From Eledone cirrhosa (taxonomy: Eukaryota), in the NCBI GenBank assembly GCA_964016885.1, contig OZ024740.1, forward strand, positions 289,664,001-289,728,000: a DNA stretch of 64,000 nt. Direction: 5' to 3'. The first letter of the stretch is position 1, and the number at the start of each line of letters is the position of its first letter. This document shows, one piece after another, positions 42,771-57,080 of the stretch. The notes under the pieces were generated by a model, which was given only the letters and a program-made list of their open reading frames with translations, was not told the origin of the DNA and made no database searches. Both the position numbers and the translations under genes were made by a program.

Positions 42771-45070
42771 TGAAGGCGAACTAGCCAGTTTTAGAATTCC
42801 CTTTTTCGGACTATATTACTGTGAGAGCCCTGGTTTTCTGTTGAGCTCTGCTGATGAATGATATTCCAACCGTGACCATCTCCACTGAAAGTTTTCATGA
42901 AATAGTCTTTTAAGACTATACAGAGCATTTGATGTTATTCCAAATTGAAGGATAAGTGTTTCAAACTTTGTTTTATCATGAGTTAAAGGTCTATAGATTT
43001 TTCCATGGATTTTACTAAATTCTGTGGATGAATTTGTATCCTGATTCTCTTTTGAGATGAGTTTGAGTTATTTTTCCTAAATCTTTCGTTAACTACTTTT
43101 CCCATCTTGACGTTATAGTCGCATATATGTTATAGAATGCCGTTAGCTTCTTGCTAAAACAATCTCTATACGTCTCATTTATATTTATACTCGGATTCTT
43201 TTCCTAGAGTGCTTAAACTATCTGTGACTAATCCCGTTTTTTTTTCATAAAAACTGTGATAACTATTACTATTTTGCTGAACTCCTTGTAGAGTTTTTTT
43301 TCAGAATGTATTTGACTGCTATTTCTTGTAAATAAACATTCACTTCCATCCTGACGTCACTAGCCCCGTTTTTTCCTCGTGTGCTTTTTCATAAATACAC
43401 ATGAAGGCGAACTAGCCAGTTTTAGAATTCCCTTTTTCGGACTATATTACTGTGAGAGCCCTGGTTTTCTGTTGAGCTCTGCTGATGAATGATATTCCAA
43501 CCGTGACCATCTCCACTGAAAGTTTTCATGAAATAGTCTTTTAAGACTATACAGAGCATTTGATGTTATTCCAAATTGAAGGATAAGTGTTTCAAACTTT
43601 GTTTTATCATGAGTTAAAGGTCTATAGATTTTTCCATGGATTTTACTAAATTCTGTGGATGAATTTGTATCCTGATTCTCTTTTGAGATGAGTTTGAGTT
43701 ATTTTTCCTAAATCTTTCGTTAACTACTTTTCCCATCTTGACGTTATAGTCGCATATATATTATAGAATGCCGTTAGCTTCTTGCTAAAACAATCTCTAT
43801 ACGTCTCATTTATATTTATACTCGGATTCTTTTCCTAGAGTGCTTAAACTATCTGTGACTAATCCCGGTTTTTTTTTCATAAAAACTGTGATAACTATTG
43901 CTATTTTGCTGAACTCCTTGTAGAGTTTTTTTTCAGAATGTATTTGACTGCTATTTCTTGTAAATAAACATTCACTTCCATCCTGACGTCACTAGCCCCG
44001 TTTTTTCCTCATGTGCTTTTTCATAAATACACATGAAGGCGAACTAGCCAGTTTTAGAATTCCCTTTTTCGGACTATATTACTGTGAGAGCCCTGGTTTT
44101 CTGTTGAGCTCTGCTGATGAATGATATTCCAACCGTGACCATCTCCACTGAAAGTTTTCATGAAATAGTCTTTTAAGACTATACAGAGCATTTGATGTTA
44201 TTCCAAATTGAAGGATAAGTGTTTCAAACTTTGTTTTATCATGAGTTAAAGGTCTATAGATTTTTCCATGGATTTTACTAAATTCTGTGGATGAATTTGT
44301 ATCCTGATTCTCTTTTGAGATGAGTTTGAGTTATTTTTCCTAAATCTTTCGTTAACTACTTTTCCCATCTTGACGTTATAGTCGCATATATGTTATAGAA
44401 TGCCGTTAGCTTCTTGCTAAAACAATCTCTATACGTCTCATTTATATTTATACTCGGATTCTTTTCCTAGAGTGCTTAAACTATCTGTGACTAATCCCGT
44501 TTTTTTTTCATAAAAACTGTGATAACTATTGCTATTTTGCTGAACTCCTTGTAGAGTTTTTTTTCAGAATGTATTTGACTGCTATTTCTTGTAAATAAAC
44601 ATTCACTTCCATCCTGACGTCACTAGCCCCGTTTTTTCCTCATGTGCTTTTTCATAAATACACATGAAGGCGAACTAGCCAGTTTTAGAATTCCCTTTTT
44701 CGGACTATATTACTGTGAGAGCCCTGGTTTTCTGTTGAGCTCTGCTGATGAATGATATTCCAACCGTGACCATCTCCACTGAAAGTTTTCATGAAATAGT
44801 CTTTTAAGACTATACAGAGCATTTGATGTTATTCCAAATTGAAGGATAAGTGTTTCAAACTTTGTTTTATCATGAGTTAAAGGTCTATAGATTTTTCCAT
44901 GGATTTTACTAAATTCTGTGGATGAATTTGTATCCTGATTCTCTTTTGAGATGAGTTTGAGTTATTTTTCCTAAATCTTTCGTTAACTACTTTTCCCATC
45001 TTGACGTTATAGTCGCATATATGTTATAGAATGCCGTTAGCTTCTTGCTAAAACAATCTCTATACGTCTC

Positions 45071-45077
<7 letters not shown>
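42771..45077 (+). repeat. Tandem array of 631-632-bp units (3.65 copies), each with a hammerhead; retrozyme-like
   Basis: Unit starts at 42771, 43402, 44034, 44665; near-identical; (TA)n on both flanks; no ORF. Confidence 0.95.
42845..42926 (+). ncRNA. Type I hammerhead ribozyme, unit 1 (also 43476-43557, 44108-44189, 44739-44820)
   Basis: gctctg-CTGATGA-atga..tcat-GAAA-tagtct(ttta)agacta-TA-cagagc; predicted cut after 42920 (AUA). Confidence 0.88.
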
Positions 45078-45121
<44 letters not shown>

Positions 45122-45374
45122 CATACATATATATTCATTAATAGATTTGGTTCAACATTTTATTCCGAAATATATATCGAATTGATGGTCAGCTTGAAAG
45201 TCTGTGTATGTGGCTAAGCATTTTACAGACACGTGTAGCCTTTACATAGTTCTCAGGTAGTTTCAGCGCGAACTTAAACTGTCTTCTCAAAGACACAATG
45301 TGGTACCGGAAATCGAACTCATATCTTTCTGATCGCGAGCCGATCACCCTTATGTATACACAGACACACACACA

Positions 45375-45467
<93 letters not shown>

Positions 45468-45469
45468 GG

Positions 45470-46878
<1,409 letters not shown>

Positions 46879-46979
46879 GTTAATAAATGAAACAAACAAA
46901 ACGCAGGAGATTAAATTACACAGTTATAATAGGTTCACATGATTGCAGCATGAATGGACCTATTATTTTTCTCTAAAAA

Positions 46980-47164
46980 GGGCGGTGGATTGGCAGTATC
47001 GGTAGAGAGTCGGACGCCATGCTTTCCAGCATAGTTACGTCCTTTTACGGTCTGAGTTCAAATCCCGTCGAGGTTAACTTTGCCTTTCATCCTTACGGGG
47101 TCGATAAAATAAAGTACCAGTAATGTACTGGTTAATTGCTGGCCTTGTGCCTAAAGTAGAAACA
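46980..47164 (+). mobile_element. SINE family A with 18-bp TSD
   Basis: TSD attatttttctctaaaaa at 46962-46979 and 47165-47182. Confidence 0.9.
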
Positions 47165-47954
47165 ATTATTTTTCTCTAAAAATATGTTTCCGTTTCTGCC
47201 CTGCCCATCTCCTTAATCTTTCTATTTCTTCTTTAATTTCTCATTCTATTTTCTGATCAAGAACTATCTGAAACGTTAAGACGCTTTTCCTACTATATCA
47301 AGCGTAAAACTAATAATATATTTCTTTATTGTACTGTGTCGTTTGCTTTGTTATTTCTGTTTGCCTTTTGAATACACACACGCTATATATATATAGAACT
47401 ATCTATGTGTTTGTGTACATGGTTGGTTGCCAATAGTCTATCATATAAACAGTGTCAGAATACTTTAGGATATTAGGTATTTATGATCATGGTAATATAT
47501 ATAAAGTTTATCACACAACCAATGAAGAAACTCTATATTTAATAGAAATATATGGAAATTAGTCGAAATATATTTAAAAATATGTTTTCTTTTCTTTTGA
47601 AAAGCTGCCACAATATATAATCTTTGAATAACAATATCCCGGAGAAGAGAGTAAAAAGCTGTTCATATCCAAAACTCTCCATTTCTCTGCATTGTGACAA
47701 TTTAAAAAAAGGCAAACATTATTATTTTTCAAATTTATTCAAATGCTTCGGAAACGAATAAATGTTGTATATTTTACATATACATTTCAATAACAAAACA
47801 TATACCGCTTATAGTCATATCGTATTAAGATATCATGTTAATTGTATATCGTTAGGAAACTAGAGATCAATATTGTATAGTACTTACATGTGCTGTAAAT
47901 ATATTATGATACAAAAGAAATATGACCGTTGTGTGAGCAACATATTTTGTTAAT

Positions 47955-48141
47955 ATAATTGTTTCTACTTTAGGCACAAGGCCAGCAATTATCCAGTGCA
48001 TTACTGGTACTTTATTTTATCGACCCCGTAAGGATGAAAGGCAAAGTTAACCTCGGCGGGATTTGAACTCAGATCATAAAGGGACGTAACTATGCTGGAA
48101 AGCATGGAGTCCGAGCCTCTACCGATACTGCCAATCCGCCG
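47955..48141 (-). mobile_element. SINE family A
   Basis: Reverse complement of 46980-47164. Confidence 0.85.
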
Positions 48142-48531
48142 TTCACATTTTAAACCAATCGCTTCCTAATTTGCCTCTCTTTCTTTACATCTTACTAGAT
48201 CTCTTTCGATCTCTTTCGCTCTCTTCATATGTGTTTTTATTTCTCGATTGTTCTATTCCCATTTTCTCTCAGGTCTTCCATCACGTGACGTCAAACTCTG
48301 TCTTTCCCCTTTAGTCTTCTTTGATTTCTCCCCCACTCTCTCTTTTTCTCTCACTCTCTCGTCATGAACATCATATTCTATTATGCACCATCAGAGCGGG
48401 AATGAGAGACAGGAAGAAAGGAGTTTTGTTAAAGTCGTAAGATTGTGAAAGAGGGCCAGAAAAAAAAGATCTGAAGTAGATAGCCTGAAAAAGAGGGAGA
48501 GAGAGAGGGGGGGGGGGGGTATATGTGTATA

Positions 48532-49427
48532 CGAGGCGGATCAGAAAAGTTCCAGGACTGATGTCACAAAAGATTTTTTTCAAACCCAAACTTCACACTA
48601 AGAGTTTTCTTCTTCAAAGTAATCCCCCTGGAGTCTAATGCACTTTTCCATCCTTTTCTGCCACGCTTGCATGCACTCCTGGAAGGATTCTTCTGGGATC
48701 CTCCGCAGTTCCGTCGTCACGGCCTTTTTGATGTCGTCCACGTCTTCAAAACGGGTCCCCTCCGGGTCGTACTCGAAGATCCATGACTCATCACCGGTGA
48801 TGACTGTCCCTAGCAAGTCTAGTTCGGTTTCAAGACGCTCGAGGATGTCCTGGCAACACTTGCATGCGTCGACCCTTCTGGTCATCGTTCAGCAGTTTTG
48901 GCATCATCTTCGCGCAGACTTTCCGCATGTCCAAATCTTCAGTGAAAATCTTCCAGACGCTGTCCCGATTCATGCCCAACTCATTTGCCACCAGTCCAAC
49001 TGTCACCGACGATCGCTACGCACCATCTGCCTGACCCGCTCAACGTTGACCTCAGTCCTGGTTGTTGAGGGCCTTCCGCTCCTGGGGTCATCTCCCACGT
49101 CCTCGCGTTCTTCTTTAAACCTCTTGCACCACTCAAACACACGTGAGTGTGACATCGTCTCATCTCCATACACTTGCTGCAGCAATCCCTGTGCTTCTGA
49201 CAGAGTTTTCAAGTTTGTTCGTTGCTCTGTGCTCATTGCTTGACGACCTGAAACAGAGGACATGTATATAAAATTATGAAGAAAAAAGTTTGATCGCTGC
49301 AGTGAGCTAAGATTACAGTTACATACTCCAGGGGGATTACTTTGAAGGAGAAAACTCTTAGTGTGATGTTTGGGTTTGAAATAAATCTTTCGTGACATCA
49401 GTCCTGGAACTTTTCTGACCCACCTCG
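48532..49427 (-). mobile_element. Internally deleted mariner, copy 2
   Basis: Same TIRs and TA flanks as 14768-15655; ITGDESWIFEYDPE motif. Confidence 0.92.
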
Positions 49428-49603
<176 letters not shown>

Positions 49604-49922
49604 ACGAGACAGAGAGAGCAAATACAGGTAAAGGGAAATAGCCTACATAGATTTTATTAAAAAAAGTTATGGTCGGAATATATATATATATATATAAGTA
49701 TGTATGTATACGTACATACATATATATATACAGACGTACAGTAGTATGCATATATATATATATATATACATACAGGTACACATATATATATGTACGTATC
49801 AGTTTAGCGGACGTTTATTATAACGTCCGCTTTGTCCGTTTGTAAACAAACGGACAGCCTGATTTATGCCGTACGGTGTTAAGGCAACCACGTCACCTTT
49901 TTGTTCAACACTGACACAGGAA

Positions 49923-49963
49923 CGATGTACTAGTTTCAAGCTTCTTAGCTATCATCAGCACCG
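49923..49963 (-). ncRNA. Minimal hammerhead (actagt family)
   Basis: cggtg-CTGATGA-tagct..agctt-GAAA-ctag-TA-catcg. Confidence 0.8.
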
Positions 49964-50121
49964 TATACCCTTCTGCCAGATGGTTGAACGTTCGAAAGTA
50001 TATACTTTCCTTATGAAAATTAACGGATGAGCAGCCTAATTTGCATATCGAGTGAGTTCAGTCGGCCAGGCGCACCGAAAACGATAAGTTGAAATGGAAT
50101 GAAACGAAATTTCATTTCTCA

Positions 50122-50255
50122 CTCTTCAGTGACTGGGGATTCTTTTCTTTGTTTTTGTGCCTCTCCTTTGTTCTGTCCTACGCCATTTTGTTGGCGTAGG
50201 ACAGAACAAAGGAGAGGCACAAAAACAAAGAAATGAATCCCCAGTCACTGAAGAG
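50122..50255. repeat. Near-perfect 64-bp-arm palindrome ending in a hammerhead core
   Basis: Loop ttttgt at 50186-50191; hammerhead gtca-CTGAAGA..GAAA-gaat-TT-tgac at 50244-50286. Confidence 0.85.
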
Positions 50256-50502
50256 GTCACAGAATGTGTGACGAAAGAATTTTGACAATATATAAACAAC
50301 TATCTGGTTGTGGAACCAACCAACCAACCAGAAATTTATAAATTTATAAATTCCTAAATTTATAAGTTTATTATAATAAATTGAAGTGAAAGGAACTGGT
50401 GCGTGTGTTTCTTATTGGCAACATGACCCTCCCAAAGTATAACAATATCGGTTTCAACACACGATTTCAGATAAAGAATCTTGCTAAACAAATTCAGAAA
50501 CG

Positions 50503-50560
<58 letters not shown>

Positions 50561-50843
50561 GGAATAGAATGAAACGAAATTTTATTTCTCACTCTTAGTA
50601 CGCCAGTTACTTAAATGTAAGTATGTATGTATACGTACATACATATATGTATACAGACGTACACTAGTATGTATATATATATATACATACATGCACACAT
50701 ATATATATATGTGAACGTATCGGTTTACCGAACATTTATTATAATGCTCGGTTTGTTTGTTTGTAAACAAACAAACAGCCCTAATTACGTCGTACAGTGT
50801 TTAGGCAACCACGTCACCTTTTTGTTCAACACTGACACAGGAA

Positions 50844-50884
50844 CGATGTACTAGTTTCAAGCTTATTAGCTATCGTCAGCATCG
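50844..50884 (-). ncRNA. Minimal hammerhead (actagt family)
   Basis: cgatg-CTGACGA-tagct..agctt-GAAA-ctag-TA-catcg. Confidence 0.8.
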
Positions 50885-50988
50885 TATACCTTCCAGCCAG
50901 ATGGTTGAATGTCTGAAAGTATAATATATATATATGTATGCATGTATGTATGTATGTATGTATGTATGTATGTATGTATGTATGTATG

Positions 50989-51022
<34 letters not shown>

Positions 51023-51044
51023 ATTCACATCGTGTATCTGTACT

Positions 51045-51077
<33 letters not shown>

Positions 51078-51122
51078 AAATTAAATAAAAAGTCAAATGA
51101 TTAAAATTTAGCTTCGTTTATT

Positions 51123-51177
51123 ACTGCTATATATATTTCAGTGACAGCCATCTTTGGCTGTGCCCTCTTCAGGCAGT
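51123..51177 (-). ncRNA. Minimal hammerhead (TA-palindrome family)
   Basis: actgc-CTGAAGA-..cagcca/tggctg..-GAAA-tatata-TA-gcagt. Confidence 0.7.
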
Positions 51178-51291
51178 TTGAATTAGTATGGTATAGACAA
51201 GTACATACGTTGTTGAGGTGTATAATATTGTCAATACTTTGATATGCCCAGTTCCTAGTTGGGTTGTTATTTCACTGAGGAACTGAAACTC

Positions 51292-51370
<79 letters not shown>

Positions 51371-51374
<4 letters not shown>

Positions 51375-51590
51375 GAAAGACGTAAAATAAGAAAATTTTA
51401 AAAATTAAAAATTAACTTACTAAAATTTTGGAGTGAAAATTTTAGTAAGTAAGTTAATTTTTAATTTTAAAAATTTTCTTATTTTACGTCTTTCATATAA
51501 TTGTTCTGCATCCCCCTGCATTGAACCACCTAGGTACTTTGACATAACTTATATATTTACTAGTATTAGTGTACATCTGTACGCATATGT
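51371..51590. repeat. Diverged copy of the 518-bp family with fold-back (51371-51498)
   Basis: Reverse-complement similarity to about 62320-62475. Confidence 0.7.
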
Positions 51591-51603
51591 AGGTAGATGT
51601 ATT

Positions 51604-51710
<107 letters not shown>

Positions 51711-52070
51711 TACAGATACACGATGTGAATTATTTGTATTAAATTACATCACCAAATGTATGCGCGCCATGCAAATTAGGCAGGCACTTTCAGGTATTTT
51801 ATGTATTCTGCAGGAGACATATAGCGTTGCTATAGCAATATTCCCCCATATACGGCATCAGTGAATAGTAGTAATTCTTCTCTGATGAGACGACATTAAT
51901 CGTTGAAATGTTGGCATGAGAATAATCTATGTTTAAATGTTTACGGAAGAATATTTGAAAGTGTTTACACTTAGCTCTTTTAATTTGTTTGTATCTGCAC
52001 CCTATTTCTCCCTTTCTCTCCATATATACACACATAGACACCCCCCACACACACGCACACACACACACAG

Positions 52071-52175
<105 letters not shown>

Positions 52176-52254
52176 CACCCTCTCTCTCTCTCTATATATA
52201 TATATATAAATGTACGTATGTATGTATGTATATATGCATGTATGTATATGTATG

Positions 52255-52349
<95 letters not shown>

Positions 52350-52432
52350 GTTATTCCGGGTTGAATCTGAGGTAACCACAGTAAGTAAGGTACTCAATAC
52401 ATAGCAGAGTATAAAAGTTTTAATATAGATGA

Positions 52433-52481
52433 GATTCTACAGGACGAGAACTGTTTCATTCTTTAGAAATCATCAGGAATC
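52433..52481 (-). ncRNA. Type I hammerhead within inverted repeat 52416-52543
   Basis: gattc-CTGATGA-tttct..agaat-GAAA-cag..ctg-TA-gaatc; opposite arm restarts exactly at CTGATGA; truncated relative at 42561-42603. Confidence 0.78.
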
Positions 52482-52544
52482 ACTGATGATTTCTAAAGAA
52501 TGAAACAGTTCTAGTCCTGTAGAATCTCATCTATATTAAAACTG

Positions 52545-52636
<92 letters not shown>

Positions 52637-52729
52637 AACAAACGCTTATATATGGCGGTGTGTGTATTATATGTATGTATGTATGAATGTATGTATGTAT
52701 GTATGTATGTATGTATGTATGTATGTATG

Positions 52730-53790
52730 TCAAAGGGCAAAGGAGCTCTTAAGAGTCAATGGCCATCCAAAATCACCAGGAGAGATGACCCCTTAGCCTT
52801 TGTCAAGGCAGAATTCTAGGAGAAGGAAAACTCTGATATAACACCTGCAACTCTGATGGTATCCAATGATGTTGACTTGTTCTTCTTTTTGGTAAATATC
52901 ATCTTGGTTAAGAGAGTGGGACTGGCTTTGTGCAGTGCCTTTGCTCACTATAAAAGCTTCACGGCACAGGCATTGCTTTATATCTGGAGATGTCTCTGCA
53001 CTTGTCGTCACATGGTACCATGGGCCCAGCACTGTGTGTCAATAATTGTCACAAGTGTAGTGTTTGTACCAGAGTTTTCAAGTCGCTGGCTGGACTAAAA
53101 AGTCACAGTCGTTCAGCGCATCGGTAGGGGTTCTCCTACATGGATATAAAGTAGTGGCCGTACTCGAAAACGAGTTGGCAGCCACCATGTATGTATGTAT
53201 GTATGTATGTATGTATCCCAGTACAACCTGTCTCATGGTCGGGTCGTTGGCGACTAAACTGGCAACCCCACCAAGGTTTCTTGGTGAGGGGGGTGACGTT
53301 GGACATCCTGCAGGACTAAAAACAAAACCTGTCAAAGGGCAAAGGAGCTCTTAAGAGTCAATGGCCATCCAAAATCACCGGGAGAGATGACCCCTTAGCC
53401 TTTGTCAAGGCAGAATTCTAGGAGAAGGAAAACTCTGATATAACACCTGCTACTTTGATGGTATCCAATGATGTTGACTTGTTCTTCTTTTGGGTAAATA
53501 TCATCTTGGTTAAGAGAGTGGGACTGGCTTTGTGCAGTGCCTTTGCTCACTATAAAAGCTTCACAGCACAGGCATTGCTTTATATCTGGAGATCTCTCTG
53601 CACTTGTCGTCACATGGTACCATGGGCCCAGCACTATGTGTCAATAATTGTCATAAGTGTAGTGTTTGTACCAGAGTTTTCAAGTCGCTGGCTGGACTAA
53701 AACGTCACACTCGTTCAGCGCATCGGTTGGGGTTCTCCTACATGGATATAAAGTAGTGGCCGTACTCGAAAACGAGGTGGCAGCCACCAT
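52730..53790 (+). mobile_element. Two tandem RTE-derived non-autonomous elements (type B) with (ATGT)n tails
   Basis: About 600-bp direct repeat; ctaggagaaggaaaactctga motif typical of RTE 5' UTRs; no RT ORF. Confidence 0.65.
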
Positions 53791-53855
53791 GTATGTATGT
53801 ATGTATGTATGTATGTATGTATGTATGTATGTATGTACGTATGTATGTATATATA

Positions 53856-53977
<122 letters not shown>

Positions 53978-54309
53978 TATATGCGGACACACACGTATAT
54001 ATGGCGGTGTGTGTATTTCGGTGTAAACAGACAGTCACACACATAAATGTACAGCTGTATATTGGAGTGAAATGCTAGGCTTACTGGTCACTAAGCTAAA
54101 GATCCATTTATATTGTCTGGCCGTTTCAATGAATGGCGCCGTATTTCCTAGTCTTCTTGAAAAATCCATGAACAATGATATTAGAATAAAATTACAACGA
54201 CTCATGTGGATAAGTAAACGCGTTGATAAGTTCATACGTATGCATATATTCATAAAGACACACACGCACACACACACACACGCACACACACACACACGCA
54301 CACACACAC

Positions 54310-54440
<131 letters not shown>

Positions 54441-54703
54441 TATATACACACATACATATATACATATGCATATATGAAGGCGTGTGACTTGGTGGTTAGA
54501 GCGTTGGGCTTGCATTCGTGAGGTTTTGAGTTCGATTCCAGGTCCGGCTGCAGCGATGTGCCCTTGAGCAAGACACTTTATTTCCCGTTGCTCCAGTTTA
54601 CGTGGCTATGGCTAAGCTGTTTCAGCCATTGCCTTTCCCATATATATATATACATACACACACACACACACACACACTCACACACATATATATATATATA
54701 CAC

Positions 54704-54734
<31 letters not shown>

Positions 54735-54795
54735 CGTGTGTGTGTGTGTGTGTGTGTGTTTTATAATATATTTATATTATAAATATATACATTTA

Positions 54796-57080
54796 TCATC
54801 ATCATCATCATCATCATCATCATCGTTTAACGTCCGTGTTCCATGCTTGCATGGGTTTGGACGGGAGTTTTCCCACTTGAGGCAAGAGTGGTTGTCTTGC
54901 TCGCATAGGACTGTCTGGCGGGTTTTCTACAGTTGGATGCCCTTCCTAACACCAACCACATTTACAGTGTGGGGCTGGGAGGTTTTTACCGTGTTGCCTA
55001 CACGGCCACATTACAGCGTGGACTGTCTGGCAGGTTTTCTACAGTTGGATGCCCTTCCTAACACCAACCACATTTACAGTGTGGGACTGGGAGGTTTTTA
55101 CTGTGTTGCCTACCCGGTCACATTACAGCGTGGACTGTGTGTTTTTTTTTCGTGACACCTACACGATCTCATTTGTTTCGGCCTGGATTTTGTGGCACCA
55201 ACATAACTTTACATTGAAAGGGGCGGTGTGGATGGGGTGGGGGTGGTGGGACGGGGGTGTATTTTGTTAGAGATGCCTACTGACTGTAGTAGGTTTTACT
55301 TTGTATTTAGGTAACGCGGGTCTTCTCTGTTACTGAGTACCGCCAAAGGTCTCGGTCCAGTGACATTGTCTTGGAGAGGTGTAAGTGTGTGAGGTCGGAA
55401 TTTATCAGCTCGTCCCAGGTTTTTCTGGGTCTGCCTACTCCGTGGCTACCATCTATCTTTATTGCCCTGTACTTTGTTATACAGCTGTCGTCTTTCATGC
55501 GCATCACGTGACCATACCAACGTAGCCTTCTCTCGAGTAAACAACATCTGATCCCTCTTATTTCTAATTTTTTCCTTAGTTCGTTTATGCTTTGCCGTTC
55601 GCATATATTACTATTACACATCCAGCGGAGCATGCAAGCTTCATTCCTCTCTAGTCTGCGTATATCCTCTGCACACAATGCCCAGGTCTCACTGCCATGC
55701 AACATTGCTGTTCGTATGCAGGCATCATACAACCTGCCTTTCACTTTTAGGGAGAACCCTTTAGCGGCTAATAGTGGTATAAGCTCTCTGAACTTTTTCC
55801 ATCCAGTTCTGACTCTAGCTACTGTACTTTCGGAGCACCCTCCCCCACTGCTGATTTTGTCACCCAGGTAACGGAAGCTGTCCACTATTTCTATAGAACC
55901 CTCTGCGCAGTTGAAAGAGCTAGTATTTTGTGGGCACTTGCTGCTACTTATTGCACCAGAGCACCGGCCACATGTAAAATCTGTGTTCTTAGTTAGCTTA
56001 CCTGTGATCCCACTACATCTTTTATGCACCCATACTTTGCATTTGGGACATAAAATGGAGTTTCTACCTACGCCTTTCCTACACACTGAGCATGGCCATT
56101 TCCCGGAAGGGACCGGCGCCTTATTTTCTTTCCTACAAACTAGAACTTTAGTCTTAGCCATGTTAATTTTAAGGCCTTTTGATTCTAGGCCGTGCTTCCA
56201 TGTTTGGAATTTCTTCTCTAGCTCGGCCATTGATTCAGCTATGAGCGTTAGGTCATCTGCGTATAGGAGTTCCCATGGGCAACCGGTCTTGAACTCCTCT
56301 GTTATAGCCTGAAGAGCAATAATGAATAGTAGGGGGCTAAGAACAGAGCCCTGATGGACACCAACTTTTACGCTAAACTCTTCACTATATTCGTTGTTAA
56401 TTCTAACCTTGCTCACTGTTTCTTTATACATGGCTTGTATAGCTCTCACAAGCCATTCATCAACACCTAGTTTTCTAATAGCCCACCAGATAATGGAACG
56501 GGGGACTCTGTCGAAGGCTTTCTCCAAGTCGACAAAGGCTAAGTATAGGGGTTTACTTTTAGCTAGGTACTTCTCCTGTAGTTGTCGTACAATGAAAAGA
56601 GCGTCTGTGGTACTTTTGCCTGACACAAACCCGAACTGCATTTCATCTAGATCGATTCTCTCTCTGATTAGTTGCACTATTACTTTTTCCGTGACCTTCA
56701 TGACCTGGTCGATTAATTTAATCCCTCTATAGTTACTCCTATCTAGGGCGTCTCCTTTACCCTTGTAACAGTTAATGATGATGCTGCTACGCCAGTCCTT
56801 CGGAACAACCCCATTCTGTATGACTTGGTTTACTATCCGGGTGACCATGGTGTGTCCCACCGTTCCAGAGGCCTTCAGCATCTCAGCGACTATTTCCGAA
56901 CGCCCAGCCGCCTTACCCGTCTTCATATCTTTGATCGCCTTACTTATTATACTACCTTCAACTAACACTGCTGGTCCCTCTATTGGATCGATCTGGGGGA
57001 GACTATCCTTCTCCCATTTATTCTCCTCATTTAGTAGCCTCTCGTAGTGACACTTCCAAGCGACCTTCTTATCAGCGTCA
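54796..57080 (-). mobile_element. 5'-truncated RTE-clade LINE with (GAT)n tail and a 112-bp tandem duplication in the 3' UTR (54908-55131)
   Basis: Open RT frame, 3' UTR, and catcat tail on the plus strand. Confidence 0.92.
55307..56968 (-). CDS. RTE reverse transcriptase (5'-truncated ORF, 553 aa) with embedded PHD-type Zn finger
   Basis: NYRGIKL, QFGF, FVDLEKAFDRVP, GVHQGSVLSP, LYADD; CSVC..CPKC..WVHKRC..CGRC; LRWYGHVMR, GRPRKTW. No endonuclease domain, so the start is not genuine. Confidence 0.9.
   Translation of the reverse strand: MLVEGSIISKAIKDMKTGKAAGRSEIVAEMLKASGTVGHTMVTRIVNQVIQNGVVPKDWRSSIIINCYKGKGDALDRSNYRGIKLIDQVMKVTEKVIVQLIRERIDLDEMQFGFVSGKSTTDALFIVRQLQEKYLAKSKPLYLAFVDLEKAFDRVPRSIIWWAIRKLGVDEWLVRAIQAMYKETVSKVRINNEYSEEFSVKVGVHQGSVLSPLLFIIALQAITEEFKTGCPWELLYADDLTLIAESMAELEKKFQTWKHGLESKGLKINMAKTKVLVCRKENKAPVPSGKWPCSVCRKGVGRNSILCPKCKVWVHKRCSGITGKLTKNTDFTCGRCSGAISSSKCPQNTSSFNCAEGSIEIVDSFRYLGDKISSGGGCSESTVARVRTGWKKFRELIPLLAAKGFSLKVKGRLYDACIRTAMLHGSETWALCAEDIRRLERNEACMLRWMCNSNICERQSINELRKKLEIRGIRCCLLERRLRWYGHVMRMKDDSCITKYRAIKIDGSHGVGRPRKTWDELINSDLTHLHLSKTMSLDRDLWRYSVTEKTRVT

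Noticed and set aside
46980-47070. tRNA-like A/B boxes in SINE heads as tRNA genes
   Set aside because: No full cloverleaf; continuous with SINE body and TSDs
51878-51922. ttct-CTGATGA-gacga..tcgtt-GAAA-tg..ca-TG-agaa hammerhead-like motif
   Set aside because: Position 17 is G and stems are short; likely decayed, not called as functional
52793-53700. Repeated 79-81-aa ORFs (also 16378-16617)
   Set aside because: Occur on both strands of a non-coding repeat; no protein motif
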